A DNA stretch of 56,502 nt, filler included, from Sphacelaria rigidula (taxonomy: Eukaryota): NCBI GenBank assembly GCA_964200075.2. It is 7 parts of 7 records of this genome, joined end to end, with 100 filler letters (N's around TTAATTAATTAA, not from the genome) between each part and the next. Parts side by side here need not be neighbours in the genome. Positions count along the whole stretch, not along the records: positions 8,088 to 16,074 come from CAXNAA020012738.1; positions 16,175 to 24,160 come from CAXNAA020012739.1; positions 24,261 to 32,246 come from CAXNAA020012740.1; 4 more parts are not named here. One strand, written 5' to 3'. Under the pieces are notes generated by a model. It was not told the DNA's origin and made no database searches. It saw only the letters and a list, made by a program, of their open reading frames with translations. Positions 11,955-24,336 of the stretch are shown here, piece after piece. Numbering within the stretch: position 1 is the first letter of the stretch; the number at the start of each line of letters is the position of its first letter. A program made the position numbers and the translations under genes.

Positions 11955-13654
11955 TTTAATGGTGATGATTTGTTCCAGTACATAGTAAATATTTTGCCTG
12001 ATTCAGTGGAGGCACGATCAAGAGTAATCCCGGGTAAGATCATCCCACTTTGGATGGCAGGTGACGTCGTCTTGAGGACTTTGGTCCCTCGCAATTAATG
12101 CCCGTTCTTCCACCCATGACGTGACAAATCTTAGTTCGTCGCGTACATGCTACCTTCGAAGGTATCAACTATGCTGCCACTTCTAGACCGTACCCCTGAA
12201 ACAAACTGGCACACGGGGAGCGCAAAATTGAAGTTAATGATACGAAAAAACACGTATTTCTCCAAAGAAACCCCTCGGGCGCGAAACACCCCAGAGTGCT
12301 TCCTCATTGAGTCGACCGCTATACACAAGAGGTTACAACAAATTTTGCCGCAACGCTGGTCACACAATGTTGTGAAGAACCGTGCATCTATTTGTGTGGA
12401 GCATATAGCAGTATCCCCTGCTATTTTTTCTCACAGTGGCTATTGAGTTGTTCCGCGATTGTTGCCCATGACTGCGGTTGCGATTACACGGCGCGCCGTG
12501 TGCGTGGACCGCTGGACCCTGCTTCAGGTGCGTTGTGGGCAATGACTGTCTGTCTCGGCGGGGTGTTGGCATGCCTTGCTTCGGTAGCTGGATGACTTCT
12601 ATGCTCTTGGCAAGGTCTCTGGGTGCTGCCAACACAGAGCTTCTCGGTCGTTCACAAGACAGTTGGCCGCAAGGTAGGAGTTCTTGTCATGCAATCAACC
12701 GCGGGCAGTGCATCCGGTGTCTTGTATTGTGGGATAAGTCTACTACAGACTGCTGTTGTGCATGAAACGCCTTTTGGCAGTGCTCCTCTAAGCAGTACCC
12801 ACAATGCCATACACACCATTGCACACAATGAGCTGCATCGTAATCCGGTACCACGGCCAGGAAAATGTGATGTAGGACGTACGTGAAAAACGCTTCGCTC
12901 GACTCCTGCTTTGCAAGCTGTTTCTGACAAAAAGCCCAAGATTCCTGAACCTTTACCTGCTGGCGTGTTGTACACGGAGGAGGTGTAGCATACCACACAA
13001 ACACTTGACGCTCCAAACCAGGCAAACGAAAGGCTGTGGCCCGAATCGCCCAAGTCGCGTAGCGATGTCGTTTCGCGAATGATTGCTGTATCAGCTGTAT
13101 TGATATCCGTCGTGACGGACAAACAGTCAAGTACGGGTTGAAATTTTGGCTACGCCGTATGTTGAATATTTAGATACAGCGTGTATTTGACGTACCACGC
13201 AGACGGCTTCGATTGTGATGATATGTTCAACACGCCCCTCTGCTGGCACAAGGGTGTTTCGAAATCGATTCGGGTATCCTCGTCCCTAGACTCGAGCTAT
13301 ACGTCCGTCCGTTTGGACTTCCCAATGGACCCTTGCGGTAGCTGTATCAATTGTGCCAAAGTGAATGTTCACATTCCAATAATTATTTCACCCCGCAGGT
13401 TGGTTATGATCTGACACCTTTTGACACATGGTGCTACGAATGATACCCACAGTGAACTGGAGTTCCATTGCGATTTTTCCCCCTGGGGTCGCGTTATAGA
13501 CACACGGTATATTTGGATAACGATCAACTGTATAAAGTCCAGGAAATCCGAATCATCTCAAACCAAAAGGGTGGTACCAAGAGAGCATCACAGTTGCAGT
13601 ATGCTTTTCGGACCACGTGTTCTGGTTATTGTATATCTCCATGCCATACAGTTG

Positions 13655-13733
13655 ATCGTTTGTTGCTTGCCTTAGTCGTCGTTTGACGATTGGCCACGCA
13701 CCCCTTTCGAGACGGGGGGGGGGGGGGGGGGGA
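13655..13733. repeat. Family B fragment next to G-run
   Basis: tttgttgcttgccttagtcgtcgtttgacgattggccacgcacccctttcgagacg followed by Gn. Confidence 0.75.
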
Positions 13734-16074
13734 GCGACTCGTGTCAAGAATTCTTATGTTATTCCTAAAGCCAGTCCGTAGCGCTGAAGGCCAATCTGTG
13801 CTCTACTCTAGTACCAAGTATAGAAATATCTTGTTTCTTGTTATGGGTCCCGGATAATGCGATAACCTCGAATGAACTAACCAATATATTGCTGCACAGG
13901 GCTGTCAGCCGAAACTGTAGCGGAAGGAGGATTGCCGCCAAAGGGTCAAAAGCGGCACCCCAAAGTGGCTGGGCAGGGTCGGTTGGGCTTGCACGTGATG
14001 AACCGGTCTGCTCTCGCATAAGTGCTCACGGTAGGCACGGTACGCTCTGGGGCATTTTCAGGCAGACTGCATTTGGAGCGGGACAGATTCGCTTGGTAAA
14101 TTAACAATCAAACCGCTCCATTTTGATTGGGAATCGCCAGGATAGTCTAAAATCTAGTGTTCGTGATGTCGAATGTCACGGCCAATGACGCCCGCACCCA
14201 CATGTATATATTACAGTACAATACACGGCCCCAGCGCACAGCACCAGCAGGAGAGTCGCAGCAGCGGACATCGCCTTGTTCGTTTTACAAAAGACTAAAC
14301 AGCCAATACACCATAAAGTTTTCAACAACGTGCAGCCAGCACTGCGTGCCGACTAACTTTGTTTTCTGGGGAGACGAACACACCGACAATATCGCAGCTC
14401 ATGCAATCCAATCCGTCTTCGCGATGCGCCAACACTCCAGAGTACCGACAGTGAAAGCTCCAACACAACATGAGAACGGGCGCGAGGGTGTTTTTGCTGT
14501 GGTACAGTGAAACAGGACACGTCCCATGTTCTAGTCCCCCGCCTGATTATGGACAGGTCCACAATTTGGTGCGAGTGCCGAGTTCGAGCGTTCGGCCGTA
14601 GTCGCGCTTCTTTCAAGTTACCTTGGGTCATCTTATTACTTGTGTGGAGGAGATCTGACTTGTGATGCGGTCTTCGCCCGCTAATTTAATCAAGCAGATT
14701 CTGTCCCAGTACATCTTGAGTTTGCCATTTAATTAAGCACATCTTGTCCCGGTACATCTTGAGTTTGCCCATTCTCAGGCTATGGACTCAGGACCCCAGG
14801 GCGCTTGGGATCGCCCCCCCCCCCCGGCATACCCGGTGTGGTATGGTACCCGAGTAGTGAAAGTACTGGGTAAGACGGGTAAGCCGGGTTCCCATGGCCA
14901 GAATACTCAGTATTCCAGGGTAGCCGAGGTGCCTGGACTGCCGAAAATAATTCGTATTTTTAGCGTACCCATGGTATCGACACCCCACAGTACCCAAAAG
15001 TGTTCCATGGTCAATGTCACCTTCACCTATAACAGATGAAAGGAGCAGTAAATTGGAGTTCTCAATCTTCTTTCCTGTGCGATGAAGGACAGCAGCAAGT
15101 CGCGCGTTTGAGTTTTGTACATTTTGGATAAGATACGCTAGCCAGGACTTCTTGGGCTGTTTGAATCCTTCGATCGCCCGGGTTGGTCATCTGCGTCACG
15201 CAGGAATTTTTCAAGTGAGAATGATGCCGATTCAACAGATGGGGTGGTCAAAGGTTTAACCATCTGATCCCCAAGGTGGACCATCCAGGTCCTGGGATAT
15301 TGTTATTCTAGTAAAAAATGATGATGCCCAATCAACTGATAATCCACTTCAGCGATCGAAAGGGTAATGGTCTATAACAATGGCTAGTTATGCCAAGACA
15401 AACTTGAACCCCCCTCGATGACGGGATGATTGTGACTGGAATGGATTCCCGCTGAGCAAAGCCGCGTCGTTTATGCGCTAGGACGCACTGCAAGAGGGTC
15501 AGTTGGCATGCTCATATGACTGCACCCCCTGCTCCTCTGCTTGAGTTAGCGTGCGGACGACATGGTTCGTGGTTCTTCACTCGTGAGAGAAACGACGACT
15601 GTACTGTAATATGCGGGAAGATCTGTACCCTGCCATTATAGGCCTAACCGTCTGTGTTACCCGTGCACAGCGGACGGATGGAGTCCTCGCCGAACTAGTG
15701 CTGTCCCTAGATGATAGCCAGGTCAGCGGCAACCTGTTTTCACAGTCTTGTTTCTTGTGTGGCTTGGTTAGCTTGAGTCGTGACAGGGGCCTGCGGGGGG
15801 TTTCCTGAGGATCGGCACTTGCATTCGGCTAGCTATATACGAACTAATCCGGCGTTTTCGCTGTGTTCCGCGTACCGTGTTTGTCCCCCCCTCCCCTCCT
15901 TTCTTCGTTTCTACTCTCTTTCGTGCTAGATTTCTGCTTCATCCAGCTTCTCTCTTTCCTTCTACACCTTGTCTATACTTCAATTTCGTTCAGAACGTGC
16001 GTCACTATACGAGCTGGGCCGGCCAAGACGCCAAACGCTCGCCAATATGGCTGTGCCCCGCCCATTTTTTCGAG

Positions 16075-16174
16075 NNNNNNNNNNNNNNNNNNNNNNNNNN
16101 NNNNNNNNNNNNNNNNNNTTAATTAATTAANNNNNNNNNNNNNNNNNNNNNNNNNNNNNNNNNNNNNNNNNNNN
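16075..16174. other. Artificial contig spacer
   Basis: N44-TTAATTAATTAA-N44. Confidence 0.98.
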
Positions 16175-16869
16175 CAACAATAACCCAGCCCGAACTTCAC
16201 CCGGGTTCTCCGTTGGCACGCTCGCCAATGTTTTCTCTCCCCTTTTCCCACTCCCCCCCCCCCCCCCGGGGAAAAGAGGGACAAGGAAATAATAATGATC
16301 TCAAGATTAAATGAACGACAAATAACCAGACACCAAACGCCACATGACGGGAACAAAAATGCCACCTCTACATTTACACATCATGCATGCCCCCCATTGA
16401 CCCACCCGCGCTTGCGCACGTACGTCCCTGCTACAAAATGCACGGAGACAATTTACAGCGCACAGCCGGATTGTGTCGGCAGCCGCGACGAGGAGGAGGA
16501 GGGGGGGAGGGGAGGAACTCGAACATTTCTGCCGGTTCTCTCCCGATAGACCCGTACTCATTTTTGCATTTTGCACTCCCTTCCAGCACGAGAAAATATC
16601 CTCCCATGAAACTTTCGAGTTTTGCACCGACGACACGATGTTTTTACTAGCCCCCTCCCCTCTCCCCCCGCAGGGCCCCTGGGACACGACACTAGGAACA
16701 ATCAGTACTGTACGTACAGTGCATATGCTGCTATATATAACTCGAGACCACAATCACCATCCAGGACACAGAGACAAAAAACGTGACAGTTTCACAAGTG
16801 CGCGAGGCAGAAACAATACTCCACACGGAAATTAGCTGAAAACAACACAAGAGGATCGGCGGGGAGGCC

Positions 16870-16947
16870 GGGGGGGGGGGGCGTACTCATTTGTTGCTTG
16901 CCTTAGTCGTTCGACCATTGACCACGCATCCCTTTCGAGACGGAGCA
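16870..16947. repeat. Family B copy (G-run orientation)
   Basis: Gn-cgtactcatttgttgcttgccttagtcgttcgaccattgaccacgcatccctttcgagacggagca. Confidence 0.85.
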
Positions 16948-17917
16948 AGCGGGGCGAGGGGGGGGGGGGGGGGGTATGTATACGACCCTCCATACTCTAC
17001 ACCTCGAAGAACCTCTACACAGAGGTGATCGCATTACACTAGCGCAGAGCGTGAAGCCACGTGTCGAGCCCATCAGAACCCCCGGGCCGTTCGTGTCTGC
17101 CGAGTGATTCAAGAACGCAGTGTACGCTCGACAGCAATCCAACTGGACATGAAAAAACGTCGTGTCTCCCGTGAAGTTTATATGTCTCCACATCGTGTCC
17201 AGATCGTTCCCCAGTTACCATGACTATCCGGCAAGCTGTCACTTGCAAGATATAAAACCCAGAGCCTTAGCAACTATTGAAAGGGGGGCTACGCTACTTT
17301 CGCCGAGATGGTGTCATCATGTTCAAGACATGAGGGAGCGAAATTTCTTCTCTCTAGAATTTGAAAAAAAGACTGTTTCGAAACTCGAATATTCACTTGA
17401 TAAACCGACATTTTCATGTGGATGCGGAGAGCAAGAGAAGAAGGGCCATGTCGAACAACAAAGTCACAGTACCGAGAAAATAATACAAGGAAACACAGAC
17501 GTTGATAATAATACCTGACCATGCTCTCGAGGGTTCTACGCACCACACGCACACAGCGCCTTCCTCGCTATTCGAATGCGAGCATAACCGTCAGTGCACA
17601 ACGACATGAAGGAAGCAAATAAATCACATGAAACAGCCCCCCCTATTCCCCCCCCCCCCGACATGAAAGAAAAAGGGCCCGTTGAAATCCTCGACTCTCT
17701 ATATCACCACGAAATCCTCCAAGGGGGTGGGAGGGGGGGGGCGGGAAGTAAGGGTGAAGAGGAGGGAAGACATATGGCCACTCATCTCTTTAGTTTGGCG
17801 AGGCTTGGGGCAGCGCCTGTACAGTATGATTAGCACGGGGGCATAAGCATAGCACCAGAGGGGTGACGACTTGGCGGGGATATTCCTCTTCTGTTCGTAG
17901 AAAAACAACTCGCTCCT

Positions 17918-20900
17918 TCACCCGCCGGCGGCCGGAGAGTCGTTGTTGCTGTTGTTGCGCTGCTGCTGTTGCTGCCGCTGCTGCCTCACGAAGTCCATAT
18001 CGGGCCAATACTCGTCCGCCACCTGATCCAAGAACGCGCGCCAGAGGGGCCACACTTGCTTCTTGGCGTAACGCAGGGGAGTGCATCCACGCTTATCGGT
18101 CACGAGCAGCAGACATGGTGAATCTTTTGCTGCTGCTGCTGCATTTGTTGCTGACGGCGACACTGTCGATGCGGGTCGTTGAGAACTCATACTCGGAGCA
18201 GTGACCGTGTCCGGTTCATCCTCCATCGCCATCGGAACTGATGCAGCAGCAGGCGCCCTCGTTATGTCGGACTCGTGGAGTTCGGCGCTAGCCTCGCCGG
18301 GTCGCTGAAGGGTATGCTCGAGGTCTTCGTTTCTTGCCCGTAGCGCTTCTCGTCCTTCTACTTCTTGGGATGGCCTTTGTTCTTGTTGACGTTGCTGTTG
18401 TACGTGTCGTTGTTCCAGGAACAGACGCACGATGTCAAAGGAGGGTTCCACGGCCCAGCACACCTCGTGGAGGGGGAAGCGACCCAGGTCGTCGCAGCAC
18501 GTGAGGGAGCCGCCGTTCTCCACGAGGAACCGAAGCACTTCCAGGTTGCCCTTCCGGCACGCCACGTGCACCAGCGATTCCCCGAATTTGTTGGAAGCAT
18601 CCTGGGTGGAGGAGGGAACATGAGGGAGAACAGAGAAGGAGGGAGGGGGGCGGGTTGTTGACTTACCGCTGACCACTCGAGAGACATTCAGCCACAGTAA
18701 GGATAGGAAAACGCTACGACAAAGTAGGATGACTACTGTACATTATCGCTCTGAGGTGTGTGTTGTGAGCTTCTCGGACGCAACTTTAACCTAGACAGCG
18801 AGAGTAGGTCATCTGTTGGATCGGCATCAATTTCACTTGAAAAAAATATGCATGATCCAGAAAGACTACTCTCGCGGTCTCAGGGTTAAGGGAGATTATT
18901 GACGGATCTGTGTTGTTTGCCGTTAACTCCGGAGTCTGCGAATAATAGGGGCGAAAAATTCGAAAACCATGCCTGGCAAGAGATGAACGAGTAAGAAAGG
19001 CGAAATATTTCTCCGAAAAAATCTGCATCGGATTCCTGTTCCGCAAACGTTCTGCAGAAAAAGTCTTGAAAAAATCTTTTTATCCGGGAGAAGTCGAGAT
19101 ATACATTTCATCATAACGCCCCGTTGCAATATCAAGACTCTCAAGTCGGCCGAAGAAACGTCATCATTCTCGGAGGGTAATTTCAGCTTCGAGTCGCGGT
19201 ATATCCAAAGGGTGGCAATATTTATATTTGATCTTCATTTAGGTGATGGATGACACAAGGAAGGCGATTCAAAAGCACGGGGGAGAGCCCGTTCCAGGGT
19301 GTGTAGGCACGGTGAACTCTTCAGCCTCCCATCGCGTCTCAAAACAAGACACGACGCAGCGCAAGATATCCGCCTGTCGAATGGTCAACGCTGATCTGCC
19401 AACGTCCAGATCTTTCATGAATATCAGCAAGAATCTGGATTTCATGAGTATCGACACCGTTTTCTGGTGGATACCAGAATTTTTCGGACTTTGTGGACCC
19501 TCTCTGTGTGTTCAGACTTCTCCGAAAGGGAAGCGGCTCGTTTTTTCTCAAATGCTTCATTTTCTGGAGCAGCCCGAAAGAATATGGCTGCAACGCAGCA
19601 CTTCGGAGAGCTGCGCTGTTTGTACGCCGTGGTTGCTCCGTTAGGCGTCCATAAGCGTCCAAGAGTCATAAGATACCTCACCAGTCCCGAAAATTCCGGA
19701 CATTTTCGGAAAAGCTGTGTCCACCACGGGCCTCAAGGATCTCTCCTGAATTCGTACAATAAAAGAAAGAAGACACGAGTCTTGCCCAAAATAGTACATT
19801 GTTCGAATCTATCGCGCTCTGTACTGTACTCTAATTCATCGTCGTGTGGGCGCACAGCCGAGAGAGCTCGAGTAGTCGAACGAGCGGTCTTTTTATACCG
19901 TCATTGTGGAGGACCCGCCCAGGTGAGTGACGCAGTGCAGAGCGCTGAAGTGAGTAGGCCTGTGGTCTGCAATACTTCAACAAGGGTCGAGCGTTCTTTA
20001 TTCCAAGTTTGGTAGGTCATGAAGCAATAATCGCGTATTTTCTCCGTACATTTTCTTACGAGAAGAACATGGAGTGCGTCCATCCTGTTCGCCATCCACA
20101 CTCGACACCCAAAACCGATGACGTCGTTTGATGCGGTCCGTGTGGCCCTTGTGTTCGCTGCAAGACCTCGACAAATGGACTGCTGATCGCAGTCAACGTG
20201 TTGGAATGGAACGCCTCGCCCCCCAATACTCGTTGCACGTGCCGAAACTCCGTGACAGACGAGTGCAACCGTGATTCAAAATACATCAGTTATGAGACCA
20301 AAACGCAAGGCGTGTACGGGGGAGAGATGGGTTGATCTCTCCAGACCACGGAGTCGTCCGGAGGAAGGGGAGGGGTTCGACGTGCGACAAGTGATAATAA
20401 TACAAGGAACATCACGCTAGCTGCTCCTTTTGGGGTGTCCCGACTTGCGATACTGACACAAGTACGTATGGAGCAACATCCGGCAATCCGTGAGATGGGG
20501 TGAGGACATTTTTACACATGGCGAGTATGCACAACAAATATGTTAGAGGCATACATCGGCCTCGCAAGGATTATGTTTGAATGATTGCACAGGCCGAAGC
20601 GTCGATGTCCCGGCTGTCAAGATATGCTGTGCTGCTGCAGTGGTGGCAGTATATTGCCATGAGGAACTAGTGATGAGACGTGTACACGACATCGTCAATG
20701 CAGTTGATCAAAGTACACGTGTACAAATCGTACGGCGCCGTGCTTTTCCTCCTCTTGAATATTTCATGCATTACTTTGATCCCAAACACGATAGAATCTC
20801 CCTGTGGTGCTTCATCATCAACGGGTGACGCTGCGTGACGGGACAAAAAATGGAGGCGCACATACACATATGGCAACGCGTTGTTCGATGCATGCGTCTG

Positions 20901-22544
20901 CATATATGGATGGAGTGTGGGGGTGACACGTCCTGATGATGCACGTTCGAGACACGAATGACGGCCGTTCAAGATACGCGACGTGTTCAACCCGCACGCG
21001 AATAATAAAGTCTGTGCGGTATTGTGTCGACGGATGAGAGGCAGCCGGGCGGACCATTTAAATTTCCGGTCATGAAAAGGGCGAAATTATACAACGAGAC
21101 GACACGTGTCATTTTGGCAGATTCTTACGGTTGTTGTCATGGGCTGTGTGTTGCGTGTGTTTGATTTGTTCGCTTGTAGTGTGTATGGTACGTGTACTCG
21201 CAACACGAGAGTAACAAATATGTAAGATGTGAGATGATAGGTGAGCAAATGGATCTCGCAGCCGACATACACAACATGGTACGCGAGATAATCAAGAGAA
21301 AGCTGCCGCAGCACGCGCATCATTGTAGTGGACCATCAGGGCACGTTCTACAAGTCCAGTACTTGATTCAACTGACTCAAACCGGTACTCTTGATACTGT
21401 ACAGACCTCCTCGTCACGTGCAGAAAAGAAATGTGCGATCGTCACGGAGTGAAAACTGCGGTGTATCTGTGCATACAATGGCTACATCAGTGTATGGTTG
21501 ATGCCGCAGCCATGAATACCAGAAGCGGCAAAACCGAAAGACACGCACGCACAACACACACCGATGCTGTAATGAGGAAACATATATCAAATAATGGTGG
21601 CATTTACCTCTGTAGCGCAAACAAATCGTGGGCAGTAATAAAATTGAATCAACACTTGCACGCGTACCCCTCATTTCACGCAATGAGACTGCTCACATAG
21701 TGCTCTGGTATATACTGTCAACTGATACGGTGAGTTTGCATTCTCTGTTCGTGAAGAACGGTAGGGTACCCCCACTGGAAATTTGGATTTGAAGGTCTGC
21801 CCGCGGCCTCTGTACTGTTCATGGTATCCAATCTCTGTCAGAATGAGGAGGGCTCACCATACGTCGTCCAGCATCAAGCGCTCGTTTCAGCCCGTCGAGG
21901 TCACCACGGCGCACCAAATCTGTCAGGAACGGCTTCGACTCGTAATCCTGGACTTGTCGGGAAGTTGGCGGCACGTCCAAGCCCAACTCACGTGTAGAAC
22001 GTCGAAGCAGTTGCGGTTGCGAACTCCGGTGGTAGCCGCGTTCACGTAACAGCTCGATGAGATATTCCTCGGGTGATAAACCTACAGCGGTCACTACTGC
22101 AGGACCTGCTGCTCTGCTCGCCTCTGTGACGGTGGTGAATAATCCTTGCCGACAATGTTGTTTGCGCTGCTGCTGAGGCTGCGGGAACGGGATGATCACC
22201 GCAGTAGTAGCGGCAGGAGTTTGTGGGGCTGGAATGCGTTCCTCGGCAAGTATATCCCCCTCCCTCCGTTCGTGGTTTTGTCGGCCGTCAAGCGCAAGGC
22301 CGGATTTGGTGTCGATGACTTGAGCCGCCACGTAGCTGCATACGGTAGGCGTCGCCGTCGCCGCGCGTTGTGTTTGTTCTCCCGCGTTGTGGCGGCATCG
22401 TACAGAGAGCACCACCGGGTAGGGAACACGCTGCGAGATACGAGCGGCGCGACGCTGGCGCAAAGTTTCTCGCAGTAGACTTCGGGCCCACTTAGTACAT
22501 CCTGACTTCGGTTGATCAGGTAGGATCGTGCTTCGTGCCGCCAT
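17918..22544 (-). CDS. Ankyrin-repeat protein, two coding exons (~456 aa)
   Basis: Exon 1 is 22544-21858 (MAARSTILPD...PFLTDLVRRGDLDGLKRALDAGRRM, donor GTGAG). Exon 2 is 18601-17918 after a CAG acceptor (DASNKFGESLVHVACRKGNLEVLRFLVENGGSLTCCDDLGRFPLHEVCWAVEPSFDIVRLFL...DKRGCTPLRY...PAAGG*). The phase-0 join gives a continuous ankyrin pattern. The start codon is uncertain because an acceptor-like CAG lies just upstream. Confidence 0.85.
18790..18885. mobile_element. ~96 bp piggyBac-type MITE (TTAA-flanked) in ankyrin gene intron
   Basis: TTAA-cctagacagcgagagtag ... ctactctcgcggtctcaggg-TTAA. The imperfect TIRs resemble those of 34141-34887. Confidence 0.65.
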
Positions 22545-24094
22545 TATGCTGCCCTGGTGATCCAGATGACAGGCAGTTGTGAGATTCACCCGTGAGACTG
22601 CGTATATATACAAATATATAGAGATTACACACTCGGGTGTTGCTTTGGCTGCTGCTGCTGCTGTCGTGGTTCGCGGCCGTGGCTCAGGCGAAGTTTCTCG
22701 TGGACGATGAAGTATGTAGTAGTGGTTAATTGATGATCAAGTATTGCTGTGTTGCGAGTGGGCGGGTGAGACCAGTACCGTAGCCTTTTTGATGATGATG
22801 TGGGAGGGTATGGGGTGGGTAGGGGGTGGGATAAAAAAGGTGACTGGACTCGGCTGACGAACTAGGGCGGAACGCCGTGCTCGCGTCATTCCATTTTCAG
22901 AATTATTTTCACCAGCGCGCTCTTCTATTGGCCGTTATGTATTTTTGGCGGCCCAAATGACGACCACTGACTACGTAAGCTGACGTTTTAAGCGTAACTA
23001 CAACTTCAATTCGATAAAGCAAGCGGAGGGGTACTACAGACGGTCTGTTCAGTATTGACTGCTGAGTTGGAAAATTCGCCCGACGTGTAAAATGCCCCGC
23101 CCCAACACCCCCTGGTTGTTGTCACTTTCCTTACTTTCAAGTATATTACTGCAACCCCCTCATGTTCCCGAACTACAACTAACCACCGTATACAACGTAC
23201 AACTTGAATGGCATAATCCCCTCTGGACAGGGTGGGCATTATATGTATACTGCGATGGACAGGGTGTCATGTTATCATGCTTCCACGAAACTTTGATCAA
23301 CCCCGCTTCCTCAAAGCATCATGATCGTAATCATCATGGCGATAAAAGAAAATTTAATAGACCGCTACTGCTACCAGCACTATGTACGGCTGCGACTGCT
23401 CCCAGTAACAGCACGTTGTAGCTGTTGGAGTTGCTTCTTGAAAGCAGCGGCGCATTTTTCTCGGATGGAAATGTGCACATTGCAAGATAAACAGCGGGGC
23501 AAAAAATCCCAACTGCACTCCCCACTGCCCACGGAACAGGCAATGCTAAAATTAGTGGCATTGGTTCATATGAGTACTCCCAGCTGGCGAGCCGCCTGTT
23601 TTGTGGATTGTAGTTTGTTGTCCCGCGCTGGACGTCTTTCAGTGGCAGATCATGGTACGTTCATGTACGTATGCGTTGTTGATTCTTCTCACCTATTATT
23701 ACTGTACAGCCATTTGCATCAATCAAATTAATTAATTAATTTATTTATTACACATATATCTTTTTAATTTCTGTTAAGTTATTTGTTGCAAAAAATTAAT
23801 CAATTAAAATTGACAAAACATGAGGGGTTCGGTGGGCTTTGCTGGGTATATGTTTGCTCCTGCTCCTTTACATATTTATTCATATATTTATAATAGATAT
23901 ATAATAATTGGTTGGCAGGTTGGGGTTGGATGGATGGGTTCGATGGATGGATTGTATTCATTTTTTGGACAACAAGGGAAAGACAATAAAACTCTGGGGA
24001 GCCTCAATAATTACTATATATATTAATTTATTTAAATAAAAGATTGTTTGAGGATGGATGGTTGGATGTTTTTTTTTTTTTTTTTTGAGCCGAA

Positions 24095-24160
24095 ATACCC
24101 CGAAATTGGATTTTCCCGTAGGACCCCAACATTTCGGTTATTGACACCCAAATTTTATGG
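24095..24160. repeat. Fragment of the fold-back element family seen at 31807-32168
   Basis: ccccgaaattggattttcccgtaggaccccaacatttcggttattgacacccaaatt resembles ccccaaaattggttttacacctagaaccccaacatttcggtgatcgaaatccaaatt. Confidence 0.6.
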
Positions 24161-24260
24161 NNNNNNNNNNNNNNNNNNNNNNNNNNNNNNNNNNNNNNNN
24201 NNNNTTAATTAATTAANNNNNNNNNNNNNNNNNNNNNNNNNNNNNNNNNNNNNNNNNNNN
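24161..24260. other. Artificial contig spacer
   Basis: N44-TTAATTAATTAA-N44. Confidence 0.98.
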
Positions 24261-24336
24261 TGTCTTCGTTTCGTTCAACATGATGGTCCTTCTAACATCC
24301 CCTGGTCCTCCTCTCAATTTCATCAATGTGTTGCAG

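Larger units (their letters stand above)
10909..14600 (+). mobile_element. Highly decayed Gypsy-like retroelement remnant
   Basis: Gag-like ORF, then weak integrase-like traces: RISAHGRHG at ~14015-14040 and VFAVVQ*NRTRPMF*SPA*LWTG at ~14490-14560. These are by-eye resemblances only. Confidence 0.3.

Noticed and set aside
18920..20300. ORFs of 130-180 aa inside the ankyrin intron
   Set aside because: No recognisable domain or splice structure; probably transposon debris.
22860..22990. GC-box, CCAAT-like and TGACGT motifs upstream of the ankyrin gene
   Set aside because: Short motifs expected by chance, and there is no TSS evidence.
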